In this document: positions 13,338-25,239 of the stretch, in pieces
Layout: every line of letters starts with the position of its first letter
Numbering within the stretch: the first letter of the stretch is position 1
Origin: Blepharisma stoltei ATCC 30299
Taxonomy: Eukaryota; Protista; Ciliophora
Reading direction: 5' to 3'
DNA: 64,000 bases
Assembly: GCA_965603825.1 (NCBI GenBank)
Contig: CBFDEM010000038.1
Location: 372,001-436,000, forward strand
Notes under the pieces: model-generated
Told to the model about the DNA's origin: nothing
Seen by the model: the letters and a program-made list of their open reading frames with translations, nothing else
Databases searched by the model: none
Position numbers and translations under genes: made by a program

Positions 13338-14264
13338 TTAATATTTTAATAAATTGTTGCTAGAGTAGCCAAGACCTTCCAAATTGGTTATCAACATTTT
13401 ATTCATTGGATCAGGACCGCAGAAAAAAATTAGAGTATCTGAAGAAGGAGCTGGCAAGTACCTTTCTAGCATTTCTCGAGTAACAAATCCTCTTCCATAT
13501 TTCCAAGTCTCTGAAGGAGTATCAAGGGTATAATGAAGAGTTAATTTTCCTGTTTGTGCATACTCGTCCAGTTTGTCTCTAAGCAAAATATCATTTTCTG
13601 TACGATTTGCATAAATCAAGGATAGATTGACATCTTCATTATTATCAATAATATACTGAATCAGCTGAAAACAAGGTGTAATCCCTGATCCTCCTGCAAC
13701 AAAGCCAATGTTTTTTATTTTATAATTTTTTCCTTTAATATCCATATTTCCATCACCAAAATATGTTAATTTTCCTTTTGGTCCACATACTTCTACTTTA
13801 TCTCCTGGCTTTAAGGTGTCCAAATATTGAGTCATTATTCCTCCATCTGGAAAATTTGGATTGGCATTTTTATTATAAATTTTAATAGGAATTTCTATTG
13901 TTCCTCTTTGGTCAATTTTAGATGTTGGGGTATAGGCTCGCATTATTATTTCGCCTTCTGGATGCGCTTTGGTAGGGAGATTAGCTCTAAAGGCGATACT
14001 GTTACCTATAGGGCAGCCTAGCTGCAAATTAGGGTCTCCTAAACTGAAAATAAACATTTTAGAATCTGAAGATAGTTCTTTAGCTTCAATAAAAGTCATG
14101 GATTGCCAGTTCATGAATCCTGCTAAAAATACTGGCTCTTGGAAGATTGAGGGATTTGTGCGCCTATGCTTCCAAAATGAGACTGGGTCTTTTTTCTCTT
14201 GTGAGAAGCGTGAAGTCAGCTCTCGAAGCGCCCCAAAAATAGTTGATAACTTTCTCCAAGCCAT
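13338..14264 (-). CDS. NADH-cytochrome b5 reductase, copy 1
   Basis: RAYTP FAD motif, GGIMTQYL, GPKG, AGGSGITP, ANRTENDILL and CGP..M motifs. Confidence 0.95.
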   Translation of the reverse strand: MAWRKLSTIFGALRELTSRFSQEKKDPVSFWKHRRTNPSIFQEPVFLAGFMNWQSMTFIEAKELSSDSKMFIFSLGDPNLQLGCPIGNSIAFRANLPTKAHPEGEIIMRAYTPTSKIDQRGTIEIPIKIYNKNANPNFPDGGIMTQYLDTLKPGDKVEVCGPKGKLTYFGDGNMDIKGKNYKIKNIGFVAGGSGITPCFQLIQYIIDNNEDVNLSLIYANRTENDILLRDKLDEYAQTGKLTLHYTLDTPSETWKYGRGFVTREMLERYLPAPSSDTLIFFCGPDPMNKMLITNLEGLGYSSNNLLKY

Positions 14265-14456
14265 ATTATTACATTAGGCAAAATGTCTGATCTAAAAATG
14301 ATGGATTACTGACTTATATACAAAATATTTTATTTTATAAAAATTTAATTACAGACTTCATTAAGAAATCCTTTATCAATAATTGAAAAAGCAAGCTTAT
14401 GAGCTTCATAATGATTAAAAGATAAAGATATGAGTAGTACCCATTAATTAAAGCTA

Positions 14457-15386
14457 TTAAAACTTAAAGAAATGGCTACTGGAGTGACCCAGTTCTTGCA
14501 GATGATTTATAAGCATTTTATTCATAGGCTTAGGACCACAAAAACAAATTAGAGTATCTTCTGAAGGACCTGGCAAATGTTTTTGTAACATTTCTTGAGT
14601 AACAAATCCTTTTCCATATTCCCATGTCTCTGAAGGAGTATCAAGAGTATAATAAGCCTTTAATTTCCCTGTTTTTACATACTCATCTAGCTTGTCTCTA
14701 AGAAGAATATCATTTTCTGTACGATTTGCATAAATCAATGACAACCTGATATCTTCACTATTATCAATAATATACTGAATCAGCTGAAAACAAGGTGTAA
14801 TTCCAGATCCGCCTGCAACAAAACCAAGATTTTTTATTTTATAATTTTTTCCTTTAATATCCATATTTCCATCACCAAAATACGTTAATTTTCCTTTCGG
14901 TCCACAAATATCTAATAAGTCTCCTGGTTTCAGAGTGTCCAAGTACTGGGTCATTAAGCCACCATCTGGGAAGTTTGGATGGACGTTTTTATAGTAAATT
15001 TTTATTGGGACTTCTATTGTTCCTCTTTGGTCAATTTTAGATGTTGGGGTATAGGCTCGCATTATTATTTCGCCTTCTGGATGCTTTTTAGTTGGAATTT
15101 TAGCTCTAAAACCAATGCAATGGCCTAATGGCAGACCTAGCTGTAAATTAGGGTCACCTAAGCTGAAAATAAACATTTTTGAGTCTGGAGATAACTCTTT
15201 TGCTTCCACAAAAGTGACCGATTTTCAGTTCCTAAATCCTTCTAGAAATACTGGCTCTGTAGAATTTGATTGATTATGATGTCTATGTCTTCAAAATGAA
15301 AATATTGGGTCTTTTTTCTCTAGTGAATAATAAGAAGCAAGCCCTAAAAACGCTCCAGCAATAGGTAATAAAGTTCTCCGAGCCAT
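14457..15386 (-). CDS. NADH-cytochrome b5 reductase, copy 2 (tandem duplicate)
   Basis: Same motifs as copy 1. Reading TGA (15225-27, 15291-93) as Trp extends it to ATG at 15386, collinear with the copy 1 start. Confidence 0.93.
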
Positions 15387-15846
15387 ATTAAGATATTAGG
15401 CAAAATGGCTGATCTAAACTTACTGACTGCATACATATGGATTTTTCTAAAATCTTACTAAAATTAAGCAAAATTTTGTTTTGATTGGGAAAAGCGTGGA
15501 TTTGATTTTAAAATTTTAACTGAATTTATAAATATTTTTCAAAAATATTCATATAAAGTTGAACATTAAATTTTACAAGTGCGGAATTTTATTTATAATT
15601 TTAATGGTTATTCTCTAAACAAAAAATCTGATCTTGTCCATTCTGGTAAAACGAATATCGATAGAAAAAGAAATAATAGATGTAAACAGAAAAAGCAATA
15701 TTAATGACATTAAAATGTATTTAAAAATGAGAACCTAAGTATATAAATATAGAAGAGATAAAATATTAATAAAGAAACTTTATCTCCAGTTAACTAAAAC
15801 AGACTCGTTTGATTCAGCTATAATATAAATATAAAAATACCAGTAA

Positions 15847-16070
15847 TTTCACAAATCTTCTTCCGTATTTCCACATCTCTGAAGGGGCGTCAAGGAGTGT
15901 AGTAAATAGCTAATTTCCCTATTTTCTCACACTCATTAAGTTTGTCTCTAACCCTTCATCCCCGAAATAAAACAGAGAAAAATGCTTTAACAAAAAACGT
16001 TTTTTCAATTGACAAAGTAATAAACCATCCCTAATGATCTCGTAATAGGTAATAAAATTCTCCAAGTCAT
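15847..16070 (-). pseudogene. Internally deleted relic of a third cytochrome b5 reductase copy
   Basis: ATG at 16070 starts MTWRILLPI (copy 2: MARRTLLPI), then a stop. The segment 15847-15950 matches the RDKLDE...TPSE.W.YG..FV coding region of both paralogues, with frameshifts. Confidence 0.75.
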
Positions 16071-16309
16071 TATATTCCATTAGGTAATAAGCTTAATTTA
16101 AAAATACTCCTAATTTTCTTACTTTATGTCCAAATTTTGTGTATTCTTAAAGTATTTTAGATGAAAATTTCCTAAATTCCTAAATCTATTAACCTCTGCT
16201 ATACTCTCTTATATATTTGGCTTAATAATATTTTTAAGCATCTTAATTTCTGAATTAATTTTAGACAAACTTATATATTATTGATCCTTAAATTATTAGG
16301 TCTTAACAC

Positions 16310-17125
16310 TTAATGGTTTTCATAATGGAAATTCCCAAAAATTTCATTTTCATCTTGCATTCTTTCAATGTTTCTGCTTGCAGGAATCCTAAATGGGAAA
16401 CTTTGCCTACTTTCTTCAAAATTTAATTTATCATTCGAAATCATGTAGACCATAATTTCCCCAACCCTGCTATTCAAATGAATTTGGTACTTCTCTCTTT
16501 CTTCAGGTGGAAAACTTTCTGCATCTGGTACTTCTAAACTTGTCCCAGTAGGAGCTCTAATTGCAATTAATGCTTCATTACTATGATTTGTCAAATTCGG
16601 GAGCGATTTAATATCTTCATTGGTAATATACGCATATTTTTCATAGCTTGCATCTTTCGTTAATTGATTCATTAAATCTTGGATCTGTGCTTTTCATCCA
16701 TCTAAATTTCTTTCTTCCTGTTCCAATTCTTGCAGCTCATTATTAATTTCTCTCAATTCTGACGTCAAGGTGTCCTCGTAACCCTCACAGTTCCCTGTTC
16801 ATTGGATTTTATTTTTATTAGTTTTTTGAATGAGTCCGATACCCTCAAGGACATTTGTTATGTCATAAATTCTGCGTTTTTGGACCTTTAAATGTTTTAC
16901 AGCTTCATTAAGATCAATACAATGCTTGTCTTGTTTTTGGATCAATTCTACGAACTGTTTGGTTAAAACTCCAAGCGAGTTGTCATGCTTCTCATTATCA
17001 TATTTTGCCCCTTTAGCTCTTTTCTTTCTCTTTTCTGAAGGAGGAGTTTCTGGCTCATCTAAGGTGTCATAATAATAGTCGTCGTCAGTTTTGACCCTTC
17101 GTTTGGCGCTTCTTTCAAGGCTCAT
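16310..17125 (-). CDS. E2F: E2F transcription factor
   Basis: [11 protein letters not shown]...[17 protein letters not shown]...KNKIQ-W(TGA) DNA-binding domain, then a coiled coil and marked box ([23 protein letters not shown]). Confidence 0.95.
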
Positions 17126-17464
17126 TTGATTTATATTAAAATCCAGAAGCTCGATAGCCAAAGAAAAAGAAGGGAATTGGGGCCACAAAATTAAAGGAAG
17201 ATTATTGAGTAGGAGAAAAGGAAAAGAATTATATAGGAAGTAAGGGTGGAAAGGAGCTGAATAAATTTTAGGAAGGAAAGCCGTTTGTTTATGAATTCAA
17301 AAAATTCATGGGCTAGCGCTTATAAAAATGAACAAAGAGTGCCTTGTTAGGTCATAATTTAAATTAAAAAAATTACAAAATTTCTATCTAAATAAATAAG
17401 GCAACTTCATTCTTCATAGGACTTTCATTTTTAAAAATCCTACCAAAATAAACCCTTAAGAAAA

Positions 17465-18620
17465 ATGCATAATTCAAAGCCAAAACTCCAAGCATCCACG
17501 CCTCAAACCGACGCAGATTCTCTATTTGAGTCCAATAAAATGAACCTCAAAGCAATTTTTGCACTTCACAGTCCTCATGAGAACCGAATATCCCTAACAG
17601 CATTTGGGAAATTTTGTAAAAATTCTCATATAATTCCAGTATCTTTCTAATTAGGATTTGCTTTCTGTAATTGATTTAAAACGAATAATCACAAGAATCA
17701 CACAAAATCAAAACAACAAGTCGTCGTTTACTTATCAGAATTTTGAGCAGAGCTTGAAGTATATTGCTATTACTGGGTTCCACACATCAGTTCCGCTTTC
17801 TGACAAGCTGCAAATGCTGTTTTTACATATAAGGAACCCTTGCAAAAAAGCTTATAAAGTGAATTTATCGACTTCGTTAAAATCGAGGTCGACTACTCCA
17901 TTTTCTTGTGACACTTCTGGGTCAGAATGAGATGAAAATAAATGCTCACAAAGGGCCAATGCATATGCACAGAAACTAGGATTAAATAAAACAAGTGGAA
18001 GCTCCAATATAAAACTCCCATTAGATATTGAATCAGTGCTTGGACTCTATAAAAAGTCTCCATTGCAAACAAAGTCGACCCAAAGAATCAGGGCTTCACC
18101 TAAAAAAATTATCCCTTGCTCCTCATATAAATCAATATCACAAGACACAAGCCCGCATTCACGTGTTACAATTATCAGGAAAAAAACAGCCTGCACTACT
18201 GCAAATTCTCGGAGAAACTCTCAAGACCTTATTGACCAAAATAAAATTAAAGAAATATATGAAGCGACTGCAAAATTTGGAGAAAAAAGGCATTACCGAA
18301 CAATGTCAGCAGAAACATATATGATTCAAAGCCCGAAATTTGGGGGAAGCTCCAGCTCGCCTGAAAACACTTGCATAAGCTCAAATAGCACCCCAAAGCC
18401 GATTTCCCAAAAAAGTGGAAAAATAAATCAAATTGAAAAATTATTTAAAAATTTTAAAGAAAAAAGCCAAAATCCAGAAAAAGGTAAAAATGATAAAGAG
18501 CCACATTTAACATCTTTAAGAAAGCATAGAGATTATATAGGAAAAGTAAGGGAAGCAAGCTTTTCGAAGAATGTGATAACGAGAATGATTTTCAATGCAT
18601 GGAAAGGGCTTAGATCTTAA
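17465..18620 (+). CDS. Uncharacterised protein (~379 aa): EF-hand/p25-alpha-like N-terminus and basic Ser-rich tail; one 16-nt intron
   Basis: Removing 17639-17654 joins IIP|DLLSVIDLKRI. TGA at 17928 read as Trp then joins the 18036-18620 ORF in the same frame. Confidence 0.65.
17639..17654 (+). other. 16-nt spliceosomal intron GTATCTTTCTAATTAG
   Basis: GT...AG boundaries; removal restores the frame and eliminates a TAA. Confidence 0.8.
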
Positions 18621-18638
18621 GTTAATTTATATTATAAA

Positions 18639-19853
18639 TTACTGAACCCCTAATGCTTTAGACAGCAACCTTCTTTTTTCTTGTACATCTTGATCTAGCT
18701 CTTTTGACGCTGCATCCAATTTATCAAAAATTTCTTGAAACTTCATATACATTTGTACAGCCCTCTCTTTTCTCCCATAATTACACAAAGTTAACGAATA
18801 ATTCAAAAAAATCAAAAAATCCTCTTCCATGCTTAAAGCTTTTTCATAAGCATTACAGGCATTTTCTATATCTCCTAGGCTGCTTAAAGCCATAGCAAGA
18901 TACATATAAGAAGTTGCAAAATAAGGGTTTAACGATATCGCAGCATTAAAATAGTGAAAAGAAGACGCATACTGTTGAGTGCTTAAATGGACGATACCAA
19001 GATTATATGCGATGATCCATTCAAAAGGATCTAAATATTGTGCTTTTTTTAAGCACGCAATCGCAGCGACATTTTTTGATTTTCCGAAAAAACACATCCC
19101 AATATTGTTTCAGAGCTGGGCGGAATTTGGGTTATGGGCTGCAATAATTCTGTATTTTAATAATGCAGCGTCATGGTCAGATCTGTCTTGGATTATTGAC
19201 CCAGTAGCAAGTAACGCTTTTTGGTTCGTTGCATCTAGCGTCAAAGCATTGCCCAGATATTGAAAAGCTTTTAAATTTTCGCTTAGTCGCAAATAAAGCA
19301 AACCTAGCGTCGTCAATAATTCTGGGTTTTCTGGAGAAAACTCCAAAGCTTCTAAATAAGTATCAATAGCAGACTTATAATCTTCTTTTCTAGCGTAGAC
19401 TTCTCCAAGCTGCATAAAGGTCGCATCATGTTTTTGTATTAAATTCGCCGCTCTAAAAGAGTCCATGGCGTCTTCTATTTCATTTCGATTTGTATGGCAA
19501 AGTCCTTTGAAATGGTAAATTTCTCAGTCATCAGGACACAATTTGAGTGCTTCTTCGTAGACTTCAATAGAGGCTTTGGTTCTCCCTTGGAGGTATAAGC
19601 ATCTTCCTACCTGTTTGACCATTTCGACTGAAAATGGGTTAAGTTTTTGGCTTCACCTGAAGAGATCTAAGCTTTGAGGAATTTGTCCACGAGATCTGAG
19701 GATTAAGCCTTTGATATATGATGCAAAATCGTTGCGGTCGTTGGTTTCTTTGAGAATTTCTTCTATAAGCCTTAAGCATTCTTCTGGCTCGTTTCTAACA
19801 TAAAGTAAATAAAGGAGTCAATTTCTGCCGTCTTTTTTAGCTAATTTTGACAT
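18639..19853 (-). CDS. BBS4: Bardet-Biedl syndrome 4 (BBSome TPR subunit)
   Basis: GRN-W-LLYLLYVR, ALEFSPENPELLTTLGLLYL, AFQYLGNALT, AQL-W-NNIGMCFFGK and AIACLKKAQYLDPFEWIIAYNLG; one frame with TGA=Trp. Confidence 0.93.
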
Positions 19854-19984
19854 TATTTAAATATGTTATAAAGAAATTTAAAAGAAATAACAAAAATCGT
19901 GATTTTTAGGTTAAATTTAAATATATTTTTATTGATAAAATCTTTTTCTATTTTTATTATTTTCTTAGTTTGGCTTTCTATAAA

Positions 19985-20578
19985 ATGTCGACATTTGAGT
20001 ACAGCTTCACAGCATTTGACGATTTCCCAGGCCATAGAAACAACTCTTCTAAGAGAGCTTTGGAAGACATTGTAGAACCTTTCAGCAGTGCTGGGGTCAA
20101 AATTGTCCATAGAAACATCATCAAAGCATCAGTCCTTGATACTTCAATAATAATCCGAAATATTTATTCATCACTACGTGACAGAGCCCTTACATTCCCA
20201 GAAAGAAAACAAGTGGTCATTCATCTTGCTGAAGACACGAATATTGAGAACTGTGAAATTATAGTCGGAGCCCAAAACATAGTAAACACTATCCATGATG
20301 ATAAAGGGCATGCACTTCAAAATTCTCCTATAAATCAACTATTAGGCCGCTCTCATATATTGAATTCTCAGTTAATTCCTATGCTATCAGAACTTCCAGT
20401 AAGTCAAACTAACCTATGTGGGACTAGCATTGAAAATTATCTTTATTATTTATCTCTCACTGAAAGCTACAACTGTGGGATTTATTCCCTATTAATGTGC
20501 CTTCCTCCTAACAACCCAGACAGTGCTGATTTACTTATGGAGCTCTGCGTAAAAATTAATGACTTAATTCCTTCTTAA
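19985..20578 (+). CDS. Pyroglutamyl-peptidase I (C15)-like protein, catalytic triad apparently lost
   Basis: FTAFDDFPGHRNNSS resembles TGFxPFxxxxxNPS. Also VVIHL, AQN, NYLYYLSL and LMCLP. Confidence 0.6.
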   Translation: MSTFEYSFTAFDDFPGHRNNSSKRALEDIVEPFSSAGVKIVHRNIIKASVLDTSIIIRNIYSSLRDRALTFPERKQVVIHLAEDTNIENCEIIVGAQNIVNTIHDDKGHALQNSPINQLLGRSHILNSQLIPMLSELPVSQTNLCGTSIENYLYYLSLTESYNCGIYSLLMCLPPNNPDSADLLMELCVKINDLIPS

Positions 20579-20596
20579 AATAATTCCTATTTTAAT

Positions 20597-21526
20597 CTAA
20601 TTCAGAGGATGCTTAAATTGAACGATAATCGCTGTCATGTTATCACAACCAAGCCCTGCGTTGGCCCCTATTTCAGGTGACAAACATCTGTCAAGCATTT
20701 CCTCTACAATCACTGAAAGGCTTTTCACCCCGATTCTTTGTCTTACAAAATCCACACATTGCTGGCTAGTCAGCATATCCCACACCCCATCACAAGCTAA
20801 AATAATAAATTCGTCATTTGGCTGCAAAGTTTCTCTTCTGATATCTGGAAAAGCTGTAATCATCTGGTCCCTTTGAGGGATGCTATTATTTTTCTTATAT
20901 TCCAAGTCTCCAATTGACCTGCTTAAATTAAGATTTCCCATAACTCTTCCTTCTTCAACAGTTCCTCCAGCCCTTCTGATTCTTTCTAGCTCTTCAGGAA
21001 GGTCTGGCTTATGGTCCATTGAAAGTTCTACAGCTAAGCCTCCTCTGCTGAGGACACAGCGAGAGTCGCCAGCGTTGGCTACATATATTTCGTTGCCTCT
21101 GATTAAGGCAGAAACTGCAGTGCAGCCTGCTTGGACTGTATTATCGTTCACATTGACGGCAGCTGTTTCAGGCAAGTCTCTGGAAATCCTAATTAGTTCT
21201 CGGATCCCGTCTGGGGTTTGTTGAAGCTCATCCATACGTAAGTACGATTGTCTAAGCGCATCGTCTAGTCTGCCTTCACGATAGGCTTGACTCTGTGCAA
21301 GCTCTTGGGGGAGGTGACGCGTTACAAATTCTGCCACTTCTGGGCCACCATGCCCATCATAAACACCAAAAAATGCAGTGTTAGCGTCCAAATCCAATTT
21401 AGCAATCCTAGCATCTTCCATTGTTACTCTCCACCCTTGCATATCTGATGTAGCGAATCTCATGCGCGGGCTTTCTCCTGTGAGGGTGCGCTTTTCAGTC
21501 TTTGGGGTGGATAAATAAGGTCCCAT
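20597..21526 (-). CDS. Protein phosphatase 2C (PPM1G/Ptc2-like)
   Basis: MGPYLSTP start, MQGWRVTMEDA, YDGHGG, ANAGDSR, DHKP, LACDGVWD and GCDNMT. Confidence 0.96.
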   Translation of the reverse strand: MGPYLSTPKTEKRTLTGESPRMRFATSDMQGWRVTMEDARIAKLDLDANTAFFGVYDGHGGPEVAEFVTRHLPQELAQSQAYREGRLDDALRQSYLRMDELQQTPDGIRELIRISRDLPETAAVNVNDNTVQAGCTAVSALIRGNEIYVANAGDSRCVLSRGGLAVELSMDHKPDLPEELERIRRAGGTVEEGRVMGNLNLSRSIGDLEYKKNNSIPQRDQMITAFPDIRRETLQPNDEFIILACDGVWDMLTSQQCVDFVRQRIGVKSLSVIVEEMLDRCLSPEIGANAGLGCDNMTAIIVQFKHPLN

Positions 21527-21684
21527 ATTTTTATGAGAATTAAGCTGGGTAGGAAATAATAGAAATTAAGTAAAATCATTGAAATATAAGAAAAATATAT
21601 AAATAAATGGTAAAGAAATAACAGGATTAAAAATGAAATAAGACTGTTTAAACGTCATTATTAATTTAGCAATTTGTAGGGATT

Positions 21685-23037
21685 TTATGAGCCGAATTCT
21701 AAAAATCTATATGCTTGGTCCATGATAGCTGAGGCTTTGCTGCCATGATAAGAATCTCGAAGGCCTTGCCCACTTTGCTTGCTTATGACTCATTTGTCGA
21801 CTTCTCTTTGGCAGACACCATATTTAGCTTTGATTTCTTTATAGGTCAGCTTTTTCTCGAGGTATTTATCAACAATTTCTTCTTTTTCTGCTCGGCTTAG
21901 TCGTTTTCTGTGAATTTCCATTACAATTTCTTCTTTTTCTTCAAGTTCTAAATAAATCCAGTTTTCAATTGTTTCTTGGTCGACGCCAAAGTAGTTTTTT
22001 ATGGTTTCTTTGTCAAAATTTCCTTCTAAATAGTCCCGCACTAATTGAATTCGGAATGTTCTTGGGTAAGGATCATTAGCAGGATGAGACTTTTGTGGAT
22101 TCAAGAAGACTTTCCTCCATATTTCAATTGTGTCTTCATCAACATCGTAAGTTGCCATAATGTTTTGTTTGTTGATGTCACCATTATTTAATTGTTGAGT
22201 TAACAAAAGGCAGAATTTTGGGGTGAATTGGGAAATTTCTTTAGGTAAACAAGAATCAATATATTTTTTATATTTTTCTCGTTCTTTATCACTTTCAATG
22301 TGTACCTTAGAATCATATAAAATATGTACACACAGCTCTAAAGGAATCTTATACAATAGTGCAGTATTAACAAATCCATGTTTTTCGACAGTATCACGAA
22401 TAGTATTTCTCACAGCTGAAAGAAACTCAGTAGACGTTATATATTGTACTAAATTAGGGATTTTTGAATTTCCCTCAGCATCAAGAATAAATTGATTTAT
22501 TTCAGCTTCAATTATAGGAAGAAGTTGCTTATTTTCATTATCCATTTTTTTTGAAGGTATATCAAAAGTATCGAGAACGATTCTTTGGATTTCACTTGGA
22601 ACTTTTCTAGACTTATTCGGCCCCCTTGATTTAGGAATATAAATTTGGTCCGTATCATCAAAAGTATTAAACTCAGAATTATCAATTTTTTGAAATTTTG
22701 TGGGAGAATCATCATTTTCTTCTGCATCTGAAGGCCTTTTTATTGGCAATGAAACAGAGGGAATTTTATTATTTTCTGGTGGATTTTGGCTATCTTCTAT
22801 GTACAGTTTTTTAGTCAGCTGGCTTTGGAAGGTTCTTAAATAAAATCCATATCCTTTGTCATTTAAAAGTTTTATTCTATCACCTTCTGCATCTAAATAA
22901 TAGATGTTGGGGTTTAGAGGAACGTCTGGAATTGTTTCTTTAATAGTGAGGCAAAGTTTACAAAATAATGATGGGACTGGGGCAATTATGTGAAATTCGT
23001 TTTTAAAGGAAACTTTGATAGATGGTAATTTTACCAT
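21685..23037 (-). CDS. PB1-domain protein with three C-terminal helix-turn-helix repeats
   Basis: IKVSF...IYYLDAEGDRIKL is a PB1 Lys plus OPCA motif. Three ~45-aa repeats each end in (Y/F)(G/D)V....(I/V)..W, the last W being TGA at 21790. TAA stop at 21685. Confidence 0.65.
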
Positions 23038-23335
23038 TATAAGATCCCCCAAATATAATTTAACGAATTTTTATGGCTTAAGATTTTTGCGTGTTGAGAT
23101 AAAATTTGGGAAGATTTGGATTAGAAAATTAAATAAATTTAATATTTCTATTGCTATTGTTGATCAAAAATTAGGGTGTAGGTTTGCACTTTTATTTGAC
23201 TCTACGTATGGAGCGCTATTGGCTATAATAGCAATGAATAGGTAATTTTTATTAATTTAAAAATAATGATTTAGTACAATAATTTTTATAATTTGTATAT
23301 ATATTATAAAGAATGCAATGGGCATTACATAATAA

Positions 23336-23863
23336 ATGGATCCAAGACATGTTCAGAATGCTTCTCATCTTCGATATCCTCAAGAGCATAACTCATTTGA
23401 TATGGCAGATCCTTCCATTAATACACAGAAATCATTTCTTCCAATGATAATTAAATCATCAAAGCAATTAGAAGATAATGATTTACCAAAACTTAGATCT
23501 TCTTTAGAAAGCGTTTCCACTGTAATAAACGTAAAAGCCCCTCTTAAATCCTTTGAAATAGATATCAGCACTTATCGAAGAAACCAAAAGCAGCATAATG
23601 GATCTATTTCTCCAAGGTCCCGAATTTATCCAACAATCAAAAAAGCAAAATTACAAAAAATAGGATATATCGAAAAACCTGACTTTCTTTTTGAAAGTGA
23701 CTCAGTTGTGCTGCCCGTTATTTCACCATTAAGAAACAGAAAAGACCCAAATAAAGTCCATTATTTTAAGCCTTCACATTATAAACAAATCAGCCTTGAT
23801 ATAAGAAATCATCGAGACTACAGACCGAAAATGATTAGTATTGCAGTCGATACAAGCTTTTAA
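23336..23863 (+). CDS. Hypothetical basic protein
   Basis: 175-aa ATG-TAA ORF flanked by AT-rich spacers; no recognised motif. Confidence 0.6.
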   Translation: MDPRHVQNASHLRYPQEHNSFDMADPSINTQKSFLPMIIKSSKQLEDNDLPKLRSSLESVSTVINVKAPLKSFEIDISTYRRNQKQHNGSISPRSRIYPTIKKAKLQKIGYIEKPDFLFESDSVVLPVISPLRNRKDPNKVHYFKPSHYKQISLDIRNHRDYRPKMISIAVDTSF

Positions 23864-24007
23864 GCCAAGTTTCTATTTATATGTAAATTAAATTATTAAT
23901 CAGTAATTTAACATAATAATTTCTTTTATAGTCATAATAAACAGAATTTTTATTTTTTCGATATTTTCATATAGCCATTTTAAAAAGATTCATAATTTGT
24001 ATTTAAA

Positions 24008-25204
24008 ATGGAAAAAAGGTCAGTTCCTCTGCGCTCCCAAAAAACGCGTAGCGAAAACCAATCCCGCTCCAAAACACCAGATTCTCGTCCTCTTAAAGAA
24101 AAGGAATATCAATTAGCTTGTGGAAGAAACATCGTTGAGCATTTGGCAATAAATTTTTATAAATACCCAGTATCATTACAAACACTTTTGATTCCAGATA
24201 TCAAATCCTTTTGAAATATAAGTGATTTTATATTTAAAAAAATCGATCCATCAATATCTTGCACAAATGACAAAGAATTAATAGAAATTTTAAAATGGCT
24301 GGGTTATCCGTATGCAATAACAGGTCAAATGCTCAATGTAGCTCAAAATTTTTGGCCTAATTTATTAGCTGTTTTAAGCTGGCTAGTAGATCATATAAAA
24401 AATACGTTTACAGATGAAATAAAAACTGATTTAAATAAAAGTGACCAAACAATTTTTAATGAATATTTATATGAAGCTTATGAATACCAATTGCAAGACA
24501 GACCAAGATTAGAACTTCATAAATCATTATTAGAGAAATTCAAAGCAAAAGCAGATGCAATTAATAATCAAAAATCCGAAATTCAGCACAAAATAGATGA
24601 ACTTGTGAGAGAAAAAATGAGCTTGGAAGAAAACGATTTAACTCTTTTAGATTTTGAAATTGAAGAGCTTGAAGTTGAAAGCAAAGAACTAATAAAAGAT
24701 AAAGATAATAAAGAAAGGCTTAAAAACGAATACATATATACAATCCAAAGCTGCTGGAACATTTTGCTCAATTATTTTAATGTCAAATCCATTAATGAGA
24801 CATTAGTTTCATCTTTAAAACAAAAAATAAACTCTTATCAAACCAGATATATCCCACTTCTTGAAGAGCAGATGTATTATGAGTCAGAAATTATGGAAAA
24901 GTCACAGGAGCTTGAAAACACTTCACTGTTAATAGAAAAAGAAAAAAAATCAGCCCAAGAATTAGATGTAAAAATCCAAGAGGAGCTGGAAAAATATAAA
25001 CAGACTAATGGCTCATTGAAATCAGAAGTAAGCACTGTGAAGTTGGAAATTGACAGTGAAAAAGAGAATATTGCAAATTTTGAAAACCAAAGCAAGACGG
25101 AAATCTCAAAGGTTACAGCTGTTATCAGAGCTGACACAGAAGCTATTTGTAAGCATGCCCAAAGAATTGCAGGATGGCTACAAGAGTTAACGATGAATTT
25201 ATAA
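24008..25204 (+). CDS. NDC80: Kinetochore protein Ndc80/HEC1 (~398 aa)
   Basis: DSRPLKEKEYQ, LGYPY and WPNLLAVLSWL of the Ndc80 calponin-homology domain, followed by a long coiled coil. TGA at 24212 read through as Trp. Confidence 0.88.
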
Positions 25205-25239
25205 ATCTTATTAAATTTTAAAACTGACTAATATTAATT

